From Hydrurus foetidus (Eukaryota): a stretch of 42,237 nt of DNA. Positions 1 to 11,080 of the stretch are shown here, one piece after another (positions within the stretch are counted from its first letter, which is position 1; each line of letters starts with the position of its first letter). The stretch covers positions 1-42,237 of the forward strand of contig UYFQ01000726.1 in the NCBI GenBank assembly GCA_900617105.1, given 5' to 3'. Under the pieces are notes generated by a model, which saw only the letters and a program-made list of their open reading frames with translations, ran no database searches and had not been told where the DNA came from. The translations under genes and the position numbers were made by a program.

Positions 1-3000
1 TGATGCATCAGTGTGCAAGTAAATTGGATCGGTGTCACTTAAAAAGTGCATAGTCGTGCATTTTGAAATCTCGGATTTGATCAAATTGAATGCTCTGAGA
101 GATTCTATTGTCCAAGTTATTTTCTTATACTTATTATAGTTAAGAAGCAACTGATGTAACGGGTATACAACAGTAGAAGCGTTTCTAACAAAGTCGTGAA
201 AATAATTAACCAATCCTAAAAAACTTTTGAGTTGTTTAGATAGTACTGGTTTAGGAAAATCTAAGACAGTCCGTATTTTTTCTTGTGACATTCTAAGTCC
301 ATCTGCAGATAGAACTTTGCCAACATAATCTATTTCGGCATAGCCTAGATAACACTTATTCGGTTTAAGGAATATTTTGTGTTTTCTAAATCGGTCAAAC
401 ACAAGACGAAGTCTCGTAATAAGTTCGTCAATGTCTTTACCGAAAACATTGCAATCATCTATGTACATTTCGCATATAGAGTATATCAGCCCTGCTAACA
501 CAACAGTTGTCATGATTTGTTGGAAATAGGAGGGTGCTTGTTTTGGCCCAAAGGGTAAACGAGTGAATTGATATACTCCGCAGAATAGTATGAATGCAGT
601 ATAAGCACGTGCAGCGAGTGTAAGTGGTGCTTGATGGTAACCTTGAGTGAGATCAAGTATAGCAAACACTTTTGCTTTATGTGCACCTATTCGACGCAAC
701 ATCTCACCGATGTGTGGAATAGGATGTGATTTATCTTCGGTACAATTGTTGAGATTCCGAAAATCAATACACATGCGCTTAGTCCCATCAGATTTAGGAA
801 CTAGTAAAACTTGGCTATAATAAGCCGCGTTTGATTTTTCAACAATATTTTGTTTTTCAAGTTTTTTAATTTGACTAAGAATGTCAGCTTGATCAACTGT
901 TGATTTAGCCCATGGAGGTTGTCTATTTTTAGAGACTCTCCATTGGTCGTCATTGACATGAAAGTCAAAGGGTGGAATATTAGCAGGAGTGGCCGAAAGT
1001 TCACTGCTAAATATATCCTTGAATTCGTGTACTAGTAACCGAAGTTTATTTTTTTGATCTTCATCACCTGCTAAGTTTATTAGCGAGAGTGGGTCAGTAT
1101 CAGGAAATTCATCTATCCAAGGTGAAAACGAGTCCTTGATCGAGTCGTCGATTTCGTCCTCATCAGGGGGCACAGCCTCAAAAAGTCTTTCAGACTCTTG
1201 TATTAGTGAAGCTAGAATAACGTGTGTTTGGGTTACTGCCGGTTTCACCTTTTGGGTTAAAGGATCGACCTTTGGGGAGCCATCAGAGGGTTGCAACTTC
1301 TCCTTAGGCTGACAGCCACACGTTATATCCACTTGTTCAGAAGATAAAACTTCCGCTAATGAGGTAGTGTTTGATGAAGCATTGGCAGATATTTGATCGG
1401 GGAAACGTGAAAATAAATTCAATTCGCGAATTGTTTTTCGTCCCACTATTAGATCAAATTTCGAATCGTCTAAAACATAAGCCGTGATTTGAAAAGTATA
1501 ATAATTATTTAAATCAGGGCAAAAATAAGAAAGAGTTAAGTCTATAGTGTCAGAAATATCATAACAATGATTATCTAATCCACTACAAACTTTACATAAT
1601 TTCTTTGAAGAGTTAGATACGAATTGTGTGAAATTATGATTAATTATGATGCGGCAATGTATAAAGTTGCCAGCAAAAGAGCCGGTGTCCAGGAGAGTAA
1701 AGACTCTATTACTTTTTTCCAGCATAACCTCCTGTGAGAGGGGAGATATGAAGAAAGGAATAAGTTCTGGATCATCGGAAAGAATAGATGACGAATTAAG
1801 GTTGCATAGTTGCCCACCTTTGTTTTTCTTCGCAGCGTGCGTCGAGTCTGCTGTTGAAGTAGCAGGATTTGACGAAGAGGAAGAAGAAGAGGAAGACGAT
1901 GAAGAAGAGGTCGATGTCTTAGGTAAAGTTGGAATAAACTTAGCCTTTGAATCGACTTTCAACAACTGCTTATGACCCTCAGAGTTGATATAGGGTGCGT
2001 CTGTACTGTTATAGTACGGAGACGTAGTGTAAAAACACGTGGCGACGAAATGGCCGAGTCTCCCACAGCCTGTGCACAGAGGTCTTTCGAATTTGTCAGA
2101 CTTGTCTGATTGCACAGATTGTTCGCTCTCTCGTGGACGTTTTTTGATTTTGTCCTGAGAGGAACGAGGAGGAGCTTTGATTTGGCGAGAGTGATCACCA
2201 TACAAAGGAGAGACATCAATGAACCGTAAGGCATCAATTGATTCTCGTAGCTTAGCAAGCTGCGCAAGCCATACGAATCGAAAGTCTTCGATTGTAATGA
2301 GTCTTGGCGTTGTATTGTTAAGACTACGCTGTAACACTGCTCTCCAATTGATAGGTTCGACAGGCAACTTATCGATTAGAATTTTGGTTGCCTGAAGTTG
2401 GAGAGCGGGTGTTGCATCAGGGAATCCATCAACAATATCAGCTAAAAGCTGATCTGTCTTGTCTTCCACTGATTTATCCTTCAGGTCGAATTGAAGTGCG
2501 ACCTGAGAGACAGTTTCAATGAAACTCAGCTTGTCAGTTCGATTGACAGCTGATGTAGGAACTGTGAGATTGAGTTCTCTACAGAACAATTGATTCGACC
2601 AATGTTTCCAATTGTTACAGGAGTCGCGACGATCGGGATCAGTTGCAAACTTACGCTTGAGAAGCGTTGTAAACGATTGATGGTTGGAAACATGGATTAC
2701 ATCAACTGGTTTAAATGGAGTTCCATTTGAAAGGAGGACCTCCATTACCCGTAGTACTTCCTGACGAGAGGGCACGGCGCTCAACTTAGGAGCTCTCTCA
2801 CCCGTTTGCACATAGTGCTGAGGTGGTGCCATCGAACGAGGAATCTCAGCCGAAGCTGGTGTCGCAGACGAATCTGGTGTCGCAGCCGAAGCTGGTATCT
2901 CAGCCGAAGCTGGTGTCGCAGTCGAAACTGGTGATAACGTTAGAGCGGATAAAGCAGATAAAACAGGAGCATCAATAACAGACGAGACCGCAGGCTCCGA

Positions 3001-3204
3001 ATTCCGCTGAGGAATCGGTGCAGACAGGTCGCCGGCGGGGTCCTGAGCCGCAGGTGGCCCAGGAGACTCGATGCTATCTCCTCCACGATTGTGGTGCTCC
3101 TCGTAACGTTGTCGGAAGGCGACGGCGACAGCTCTAGGAGGCTGTCGTTGTCGGCGAAGGGAGTTGATGGTGCTAATCCTCTTGTCCTGGCGTCGGAGAG
3201 CCAT
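1..3204 (-). CDS. Gag-Pol polyprotein (Gag with CCHC knuckle, aspartic protease, RT, start of RNase H), 3'-partial
   Basis: Manual translation from ATG 3204 (MALRRQDKR...) stays in one frame to position 1. Motifs: CTGCGRLGHFVATC knuckle (~2030-2075), LLDTGS protease (~1690), RMCIDFR, LPFG, YIDD, and LHTDAS at the edge. Absent from the ORF track because it has no stop inside the window. Confidence 0.9.
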   Translation of the reverse strand, partial: MALRRQDKRISTINSLRRQRQPPRAVAVAFRQRYEEHHNRGGDSIESPGPPAAQDPAGDLSAPIPQRNSEPAVSSVIDAPVLSALSALTLSPVSTATPASAEIPASAATPDSSATPASAEIPRSMAPPQHYVQTGERAPKLSAVPSRQEVLRVMEVLLSNGTPFKPVDVIHVSNHQSFTTLLKRKFATDPDRRDSCNNWKHWSNQLFCRELNLTVPTSAVNRTDKLSFIETVSQVALQFDLKDKSVEDKTDQLLADIVDGFPDATPALQLQATKILIDKLPVEPINWRAVLQRSLNNTTPRLITIEDFRFVWLAQLAKLRESIDALRFIDVSPLYGDHSRQIKAPPRSSQDKIKKRPRESEQSVQSDKSDKFERPLCTGCGRLGHFVATCFYTTSPYYNSTDAPYINSEGHKQLLKVDSKAKFIPTLPKTSTSSSSSSSSSSSSSNPATSTADSTHAAKKNKGGQLCNLNSSSILSDDPELIPFFISPLSQEVMLEKSNRVFTLLDTGSFAGNFIHCRIIINHNFTQFVSNSSKKLCKVCSGLDNHCYDISDTIDLTLSYFCPDLNNYYTFQITAYVLDDSKFDLIVGRKTIRELNLFSRFPDQISANASSNTTSLAEVLSSEQVDITCGCQPKEKLQPSDGSPKVDPLTQKVKPAVTQTHVILASLIQESERLFEAVPPDEDEIDDSIKDSFSPWIDEFPDTDPLSLINLAGDEDQKNKLRLLVHEFKDIFSSELSATPANIPPFDFHVNDDQWRVSKNRQPPWAKSTVDQADILSQIKKLEKQNIVEKSNAAYYSQVLLVPKSDGTKRMCIDFRNLNNCTEDKSHPIPHIGEMLRRIGAHKAKVFAILDLTQGYHQAPLTLAARAYTAFILFCGVYQFTRLPFGPKQAPSYFQQIMTTVVLAGLIYSICEMYIDDCNVFGKDIDELITRLRLVFDRFRKHKIFLKPNKCYLGYAEIDYVGKVLSADGLRMSQEKIRTVLDFPKPVLSKQLKSFLGLVNYFHDFVRNASTVVYPLHQLLLNYNKYKKITWTIESLRAFNLIKSEISKCTTMHFLSDTDPIYLHTDAS
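2843..2932 (-). repeat. 5 x 18-bp tandem repeat in the gag N-terminus (TPASAE/A-like hexapeptides)
   Basis: Units atctcagccgaagctggt / gtcgcagacgaatctggt / gtcgcagccgaagctggt / atctcagccgaagctggt / gtcgcagtcgaaactggt. Confidence 0.85.
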
Positions 3205-3307
3205 TGTCTTCGACTGTCGGATATGAGTGATGGGATTTGAAAGTGATGGCGTGGAGAAATGAATTTCTCGCAAAAAAAAAACTTTGGTATCGACCAAATA
3301 TCGATAT

Positions 3308-3569
3308 TGTGGTCTTGGACGGGGCCTAGGACGTTGGAGCTAAAAGTGGTGGTCGGTTGATGCAAGCGGTGGGCAAGGGAAGCAAGGATAGGTGGAGTAA
3401 ACTTGTGTTAGTATTTTACAGTTGAGTATCTACAAGTGATGTGTACGCTAAAGTGCATTCACGTCATATGTGGAACTAAGACCTAAAAGTGGAATCTGGG
3501 CGTAATATACCTATTGTACCTAGTTAACCTAGACACATTGTATCCCCTTAGGAATGCAATAAGGCTACA
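3308..3569 (-). repeat. 5' LTR of Gypsy copy 1 (262 bp)
   Basis: Minus strand TGTAGCC...GACCACA; homologous to 38616-38878, which is preceded by a PPT. Confidence 0.8.
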
Positions 3570-5377
3570 GAAGGAAGACATGAAATTGTAAGTTGTTTTC
3601 ACCATTGTTCGTCATTTTTATGCTGTCACTAACTCCTAAAATTGATTGTCCTCTGGTAGATTTTATCATGGAGATGATGGTGATCAAATTGGTCAAATTG
3701 GTGCTTTGCTGGAGGGAACAGGAAGATATAGGGTTTTGTGGGAAGATGATGTGATTAAACCCGAGTTTGGTATATTGGCGGGAGTTAGTAAAGAATCTGT
3801 CAAGGAATTTATCAATTATCCTACCTTATCGGGTCGGAAATACATCAATGGACGACAGCTTATTGCGAAAGCAAAAGCTTGCATCAAAGATTCCAAGGTC
3901 TTACTCGCGTATTGGAAAGACTTCACCAAGGCTGGTGGGTTTCCCTCAGGGAAAAATGAGACTGATGCTCTTCTCTTCTGTACTGAGTCCGTGAATACCG
4001 AGCATGATCAAAACATGGAGAAGGAAAACGAGACAGATGAGGATGAGGACGATGACAAAGACCCTCCTGTTACTCAAGGTTCTGCGCCTACTCAGCCATT
4101 AAGGAACTCTCGAGTTGTCGACTCCGATAACGAAGATGCAGAAGACGAGGATGAAGACAACGACAGCGTTGAATATGTTTCGAAGAAGAAATTGGTTCCT
4201 CCGGCATTAGTAACCTTTATGTTACTGGGTCCATATGGTGTTGCATGCTATGGGTTTGAGATTTCTGCGGCTTTTAGCGTGGACACGGAAGCAATCGAGG
4301 AGAATGCAAAGTCTGGCATGTACAATACCAAGTCGATGAAAGAGGAAAAGAAAGCTGCAATCGATCTTGTCCGGTAAGTCTATATTTTTTGACATAAATA
4401 TTATCTTCCTATTATTTAAGTGACCTTCTACAATTATATACAGTTCGGTTGGGGAGGGACGAGGTCTGTTTCAATCTCAACGCCTCGAACTACAGAAGGA
4501 GGAAATCCGAATCATGCAACAATCTGTTGCTGATAACAAGAGTCGAATGAAGGCTCAAGATGGTTTTGCTGCCGCCAACTCCATGCTTGAGAAACATGTT
4601 CACAGAATGAACGAAACCATGTTCAATCATTGGTTTGAAATTGTCACCAAATGGGCAACGGAAATGGCTTCCTTTGATCATCCATCTGCCCCATCAGGAT
4701 CATCGGGACCATCAGATCAATCAGCCCATCAGGATTATGACTCTCCTGTAATTCCATCTGATCGTGCGAATACAGATATGGAAGACTCCACCACTATGTC
4801 CCGTTTGTATGCGTCACCGGCTACTGAGTCTACTCAACAAAGGAAGAAAATCAAGAATTACTCGAGTCTAAGTAACTATCTTCCATCGGGACGTCCACCT
4901 TTCCACTCTATCACCAACAATCCTCCCACCATAGAGAGTGTCATCAGTCGTCGTAGCCAAGAAGAAGAATTACTCAATGCTGCATTAATTGAATTACCTC
5001 TCAGTGCAGAGGCGACATTAGAATTTATTCTAGGAGATGATGGTGAACCAACTGTTGAGTATCAAACCTCGGTACCCATGTATCAAGCTGTAACGGTTCC
5101 ATCTACTCGCAAGGAAACTATACCACCTACTTGCCAGGAAAATGAACCATCTACTTGCCAGGAAATTATACCATCTACTTCAACCGACACCTCTGGATCT
5201 ACTCATCTCTTTACCAAGGATCCTACAAAACAGACTGGACTACTGAGATCTGCCCCAAGCTACCTGTTGAAACAGAAGCAACAAAGAGAAGACGCTAGAA
5301 GGAATCAATTCAATCCACATGGTATCACCTCTGGATCACTAGAAGAACCTGCTACAAGAACAGGCAAAGGAAGCAGC

Positions 5378-5411
<34 letters not shown>

Positions 5412-5545
5412 GTAGCAGCAACAGTAGCAGCAGTATCAACAGCAACAACAAGAGAGGCCAAGAAAGTGCAAGAAAAAACAATACTACTAATGACACCAAT
5501 GAGGGGAAAAGGGAAAAGAAAAAGAGAAGAATTGAAAGTGTTTAA
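3570..5545 (+). pseudogene. Harbinger accessory protein (ORF1), 5'-truncated by Gypsy; exons 3570-3587, 3660-4373, 4444-5545
   Basis: GTAAGT..AG introns 3588-3659 (branch point CACTAAC) and 4374-4443 join the ORFs in frame. The spliced product KEDMKLFYHGDDGDQIG..GRYRVLWE aligns with REQCSKTYHGYDEDYIG..GRFHVLWE of the 7747 paralog; GRQ..KAKA..LAYW..PSG.NE and GPYG motifs are shared. Confidence 0.75.
5372..5449 (+). repeat. (AGC/AGT/AAC)n microsatellite encoding poly-Ser/Asn
   Basis: Direct trinucleotide run. Confidence 0.9.
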
Positions 5546-5822
5546 TTAGTATGTTACACTTGTTATTTTCTTTTTCGTTTTCTGTTTTTGTCCTCCACTA
5601 CAATCGAGAGTAACATAATTTGAAGTACCAAAAAGTAAAATAGTCTAAAGGTTCGAAAGTATGATAATGTAAGTTAAAGTAGGCTAATATAAATACAGGA
5701 AAGTTTTAAAGAATGAATAAAAAAAAATTTGGTACTTACATTTTTGTACTCCACTACAATTGATACAGGTACAAAAATAGAATATAGAATGAATACATGA
5801 TATACACAAGGATAAAATAAAG

Positions 5823-7340
5823 TTAACCTCTAACCATTTTACCACTTCTAGATGTCCAAATAAGTTTCCCTAATTCCCAAAGCTTATTGAAGTGAGTAAC
5901 TAAAATATTTCGAAACTTATTCTTAGACAAAGTATACAAACATTTAGCTTCTTGAACTTGATTATCCTCCTCATTATTATCCACTCTTTGATCAGGTATA
6001 GTACGATTGCCTTCTGGTTCAGATCCTAATATTGAACAATCATATTTTCGGGGATTAAAACCTTGTTGCCCACTACGAAAACGTTGGAATATGATTGGAT
6101 CGCAGTAAATCTCGGTATCTCCTGGAGCGTGCCATCCTAGCTCCCCTTCAAATGGGCTGACAACCCCCTTCTTCCACATTCTATCCAACCCATCGCAGTT
6201 AAGTAACATGTTATGAAAGGCGCAGCATGTAAACCAAATGTCATCCACAATCTCAAGCCCGTGCATTCTTACTCCAGTCTTTAGAATACACCATCTACCT
6301 TTCATGATACCAAATGTGCACTCCACATCCTTCCTCATTGATTCGGCCCATCTTGACCATCTTAGTTCTGTGATAATTGTGCTTTCTTTCAAAGGACATA
6401 TAAGAGAAGTCCATGAGGGATAGCCTCCATCCACTAGAATCCATGCACCCTTGTACTTCTTTTCCTCTCCTTTAACATTATACAGAGAAAAAACGTTTTC
6501 AGATAAGTAATTACCTCTCTGAATATCTATAATAAAATCGTCGAAGCGAACGATAGTTGCATCATTCCATCGACCAGGAAATCCAACAGTGGAAGCAAGA
6601 ATTTGTCTTCTATGATTCACAACAAGCTGATAAGCTCTTGTTGTATGTGAATCCTTTGGTCCAGTATTCTGATTTTTCAAGCGTGCATAGCACTTCTCCA
6701 TGATAATATGAGTTACGTCAGCTGACCCAATACATCCATCAAAAGCCGCGGCCTTAAACTCTGACACATGATCCTTCACTTCTTCTTCAGTTATAGGACG
6801 TTTTACCCACATGGGATAAAGATACTTCCTACAAGCTTTGACGAATAGTGCAAAAAATATCCGATGAGATTCCTCCGATACCCCTGTAGCCTCGGCAATG
6901 TCATCAAAGGTCCAACCACGTCCAAGATAACGGAGAGAACCTAGAATAAATAAGTCCAAGGGTATTCCCGGTTGTTTGCAAGCATTCACCCGCTCCTAAT
7001 GGGGAAACCATTGCTGTTCTCTAGCCAGTGTAACTAAACCCTTGAATTCAGTATAAGGCATCCTAAATCTTCGTCTAAACTGTTGAAAATGCTTTTTCTG
7101 TTGGAACCACCCCACACCTGATACATATCTACGATACCACTCTGACTCAATAGCCTGCTCCGGATCATAACCATTATAGTTCCTAGCAGAATATCCCTTT
7201 TTAGCCTTCATTTCCTCTTCTTTTCCTATCTCTTCTTCCCCCTCATCGTCATCATCATCATTTCTGTCGCGTTTTCTTTTATACGCAGCCCATTGATCAA
7301 ATACAATAACTCCTTCAGCATCAAAAGAAGACCTGAACAT
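5823..7340 (-). pseudogene. PIF/Harbinger DDE transposase with one in-frame nonsense codon (TAG at 6996-6998)
   Basis: FRRRFRM, LRYLGRG, GCIGSADVTH (D), LVDGGY (D), RKDVECTFG (E), LKGRW-like and HNM motifs. ORFs 6996-7358 and 5823-6989 are in the same frame; WFPH*E aligns with WFPQYE of the paralog. Confidence 0.9.
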
Positions 7341-7571
7341 TGATAGTGAGTAGGGCAAGTTATTACTATTGTAAATAAAATATTTCTAATTTCGTACCTC
7401 TACAAGAGGGATACAAAAAAGTGTGAGAATTTCGTCCTAGTTCAACAATTTCGTACCGTGCTGAATCTGGAAAATCGACTTTTATTTCGTTTTCTGTTTT
7501 TGTACTCCACTACAATCGAGGGTCCAAGTCCAGGGTACAAAACAGGAAATTTCGTTTTCGGTTTTCGTACT

Positions 7572-7586
7572 CCACTAGGACCGACC
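7572..7586 (-). repeat. Putative right TIR of Harbinger 1 (GGTCGGTCCTAGTGG) with flanking TTA/TAA target site at 7587-7589
   Basis: 10/15 match to the rice Pong/mPing TIR GGCCAGTCACAATGG; TTA/TAA is the canonical PIF/Pong target. The partner TIR is outside the window. Confidence 0.65.
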
Positions 7587-7746
7587 TTACCTCTCTCGTT
7601 TGTAGTGCACCGACAAATAACAAAATCGCTCGAATCTCAATTCTGTCACATCCTCGTTTGTTACGCGGGTGTCCATCCAACTACAGATTACAAATCATGT
7701 ATTGCAGTTGTTGACGTTGTACTCCCAACATCACAATAAGAGAACA

Positions 7747-9337
7747 ATGCCCTCATCAGCGCCGAGTCATACAAAATCCTCTGTGATCAAGAAGTTCAAA
7801 TCTTCTAACAGTAGGGAAGCTCCTGCGAAACAGGTTTCGCAGGACAAACCTGCGAAATATCTTCCGCCGCCTCCGCTAAGCGCCAAGCAGCAGAAAGCCT
7901 TCCACTACCTGATATCTGGGGCGAGCTACATTTCAGTGCTTGAGGACAACACTCTAAACATTGCTGGGATAAGGGAGCAATGTAGCAAGACTTACCATGG
8001 TTACGATGAGGATTATATCGGCATGGCAAAATACTTCCTTAATGGCAAAGGAAGGTTCCATGTCTTGTGGGAATCTGGTAGAATTGGCAGTGGGTTTGGT
8101 CATCTGTCAGGAATCAGCCACGAAAGTATCAATGAAGTATTGTTTCGACCGACCCTCAGAGGAAGAAATCTCATTACGGGAAGACAGATTCTTGATAAGG
8201 CGAAAGCCGCAATGTGCGAAGCCAAGAAATTTCTAGCTTACTGGATGGAGTTTTTAGTAGATGGCAACATGCCAAGTGGAATGAACGAGGAGAATGCCTT
8301 ATTGTATGTATTGAAACGAGCGATGGAGGAGCAATCGCCGGAGATAGCTGATGATGAGGAGTCAGTCGGTTGGTCACTTGTATAGTCTTCATTTGTGATT
8401 CATCCTCAATGTCATCGTTTACGTCTTCACATGATGAGATACTTCGCCATTTGACATATGCTTGTAATTCAAAAGTCCGTTGATGTTGTGATAAATTACC
8501 CTAGTTTACAGGGATAACGCTGGCTAAATTTTTTTAAATTATGCTTCTGTGTAGTTGGCAGTGATAATGGAGAGACTGATCAAGCGGAGAACACTGATAT
8601 CAGCGGAGCCTTTTTCGAGCGATCAGATGATGAAGACGAAGGAGAGCATGAAAATGAAGAGAATGAAGAAAGTGTAGAAAATGAAAAAAGTGAAAAAGGG
8701 AATGCCATCCAAAAAAAGAAAGTCGATGAAAAGTTTCAAGCGAATTTAAACAACTTCTATCCTGCTGCACTACTATTCTTTATCTTGTATGGACCCTATG
8801 GGGCAGGAGTGTATAATTTTGACATTACAAATTGTTTGACGATGGATACAAGGGGTATTGACTCATCTGCCAAGAAAAACAAAGACATGAACAAATCCTC
8901 GATGAAAGAAAAGACGACAAAAGAGCGAAATAAAACTCGGTAAGACTTAAATTAATTCGCGTAAAATCTTACATTTCTCTAATCTATCAAATTGCATCCA
9001 GCTATCATCAATTCTTTAACGTTACTTAAATCTTAGCAACGAGGATATCGAAAGAGGAATCTCATCGTACAACAGTGCAAAGTTTGATCTTGCAAAAACA
9101 GATCAAAACATTTTGATGGTACAGAATGATAGGAAGTTGCTTATGGACAGCTACACTGTAGCAAAGGAAATGGTATCAATGTCTACAGATGCTGATGAAG
9201 TAGAGTACTGGAGGAGTATTGTGAGAAATTTTGCAAAAGAAATCACCGCAAGATCACTTCCATCAGTGACTTCTATTGTAAGCCATCGCTCAATACCATC
9301 AAGTGCTATCCCGTCCTATCTACAGCATCATCTATGA
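7747..9337 (+). CDS. Harbinger 2 accessory protein (ORF1); exons 7747-8368, 8555-8939, 9037-9337; 3' end probably degenerate
   Basis: In-frame GT-AG introns 8369-8554 and 8940-9036. The last intron splits an Arg codon in phase 2 exactly as in the Harbinger 1 ORF1; homologous motifs throughout. Confidence 0.7.
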
Positions 9338-9610
9338 AATCAACTTCCCGTATTGTGTCCCAAAGTCAATCATTTGAAGCATGCCAATCTATCGCAGCAA
9401 TAATCTTTTCAAGGCCAACACTTAAATGATGACGAGAGCACATCAATTCAGGTTCCGACACATCCACCGAAAGAAATAAAATCCCAATGAGGAAAGTCAT
9501 ACCGAAGAAGATAGAAGGAAATGAAAATGTTTCAAAAGGAAAAAATCTGGTGATAATAGATAATGAGGGGCTATCAAAAAGAGTAAATGCTTTCTCATTA
9601 ACTTGATGTG

Positions 9611-10573
9611 CTAGACCACCTTTCTTCTTTGACTGATAGAGAATTTTTGAATGGACAAATAAGAGTAGACCAGTTGAGATAACCACCATCGACAAGTATC
9701 CATGCCCCTATATGATTCTCGTCTTCTCCTTTATCATTCTTCAGTGTAAATTAGTTGTCTTGTAAATATAAGCCCCTTTGAACATCAGTAATAAATCCAT
9801 CAAACCTCAATATTGTCATATCATTCCATCGACCAGGGTAGCCAACCGTTGATGCGATGATTTGCCTACGATGATTAACTACTATTTGGAAAGCTCTAGT
9901 TGTGTGAGAACTTTTTCCTCCAAGATTTTGATTTCAGTACCACATGAGTCACATCTGCTGATCCGATACACCCATCAAAGCCGGCTTCCTTAAACTCTGA
10001 CATGCAGTCCTCTATTTCCTTTTGCGTCTCCGGACGTTTGACCCACTTCGGATAAAGATAAGTTCTACATGCTATTGTGTAGTCTTTGAAAAATTTTCGA
10101 TGCACTTCTTCTGATACATTTGTTGCATCGAATATATCGTCGAAAGTCCAACCTCTGCCCAAGTAACGCAGGGCTCCTAGAATAAGTATGTCCAAAGAGA
10201 TACCTTTTTGACCAATAGCATTGTAGTTCTCATACTGAGGGAACCAATTGTTGTCCCTAGCCTCATTAACAAGCTTCCGGTAAGACTCATGTGGAATTCT
10301 AAATCTTCTTCTAAACAGACCGAAATGTTTCGAATTCTGTTTGTGATGGGGATACTTTACGTAACGCTTGTACCACTGAGATTCAAGGGATGAATTAGGG
10401 TCATATCCTTCATTAAAACGAGGCGTGAACTTCCTCCTCTTCACTTGAATCTCATCATCTTCTTGAATTTCATCGAAATATGAGTCCCGCTGCTTCCTGT
10501 ACTCATTGAATTTATCGGCATCGAAGTTTCCAGCCTCGTCAGTGCAGTCGCGAATCGTTAGTTGCCTGTCCAT
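9611..10573 (-). pseudogene. Harbinger 2 transposase remnant
   Basis: FRRRFRI, LRYLGRGWTFDDI, GCIGSADVTH, then a frameshifting deletion (~9930), TVGYPGRWND, an in-frame TAA (~9750) and WILVDGGY. Truncated after ERWS, so the catalytic Glu is missing. Confidence 0.85.
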
Positions 10574-10778
10574 AGTTGAAAAAGTGATTTATCTACGATT
10601 TATTGTGACTTAATGACTTCTCAATGTGATTTCGTTCGAGCAATCACCGCTGGAGAATCGTAGGTGTTTTTTGTCATTTATATCGATGGATGATCTGTAA
10701 AACTGTTCAAAATAATTCTGTAAATCGGATCCTCCAGCGTAACAAACGTGAACACGACAAAACAGGGTTTTGTGCAGT

Positions 10779-11001
10779 TCTACTGCGGATTATGTTACTG
10801 TGCCAGTGTCTGCCTAACCTCATCTTCACCGCACCCACCGAGCTTCCTCACTATTCTTTTCCCGAAGAAGTTGGGGTGTGTGGCGCCTCATTGAATTTAG
10901 TTTATCTACTACGGGTGCGCTTACATTGCTTTAGTGCCCCCGGTCCTTCCCAATTTTGTCCCCAAAGGGATGGGTTAGACCGTCCGGGGAATCACCTTCC
11001 A
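10779..11001 (-). repeat. Split direct repeat B2 (223 bp, element 3' terminus)
   Basis: Matches 11328-11471 + 19325-19406 with 3 substitutions apart from the Copia insertion site. Confidence 0.92.
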
Positions 11002-11080
11002 AAAAAAGCAAACAAATAAACGATCAAAAAACCAAATAAAACGAAGTGAAACAAAATTATAGGCATGGTTGGCTACGGGG

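Larger units (their letters stand above)
1..3569 (-). mobile_element. Ty3/Gypsy LTR retrotransposon (chromovirus family, copy 1), 5' half; runs off the left window edge
   Basis: Single gag-pol ORF in PR-RT-RH order with a 5' LTR at 3308-3569. Positions 1-~1459 are a close but non-identical copy of 40785-42237, whose pol ends in a chromodomain. Confidence 0.95.
3570..7586. mobile_element. PIF/Harbinger (Pong-like) DNA transposon 1; left part displaced by the Gypsy insertion
   Basis: Convergent accessory ORF1 (+) and DDE transposase (-); ends in a 15-bp TIR-like sequence followed by TTA. Confidence 0.85.

Noticed and set aside
5305..5499. Poly-Leu 'membrane peptide' ORF and the acidic ORF at 1646-1975
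   Set aside because: Antisense shadows of poly-Ser tracts in real ORFs.
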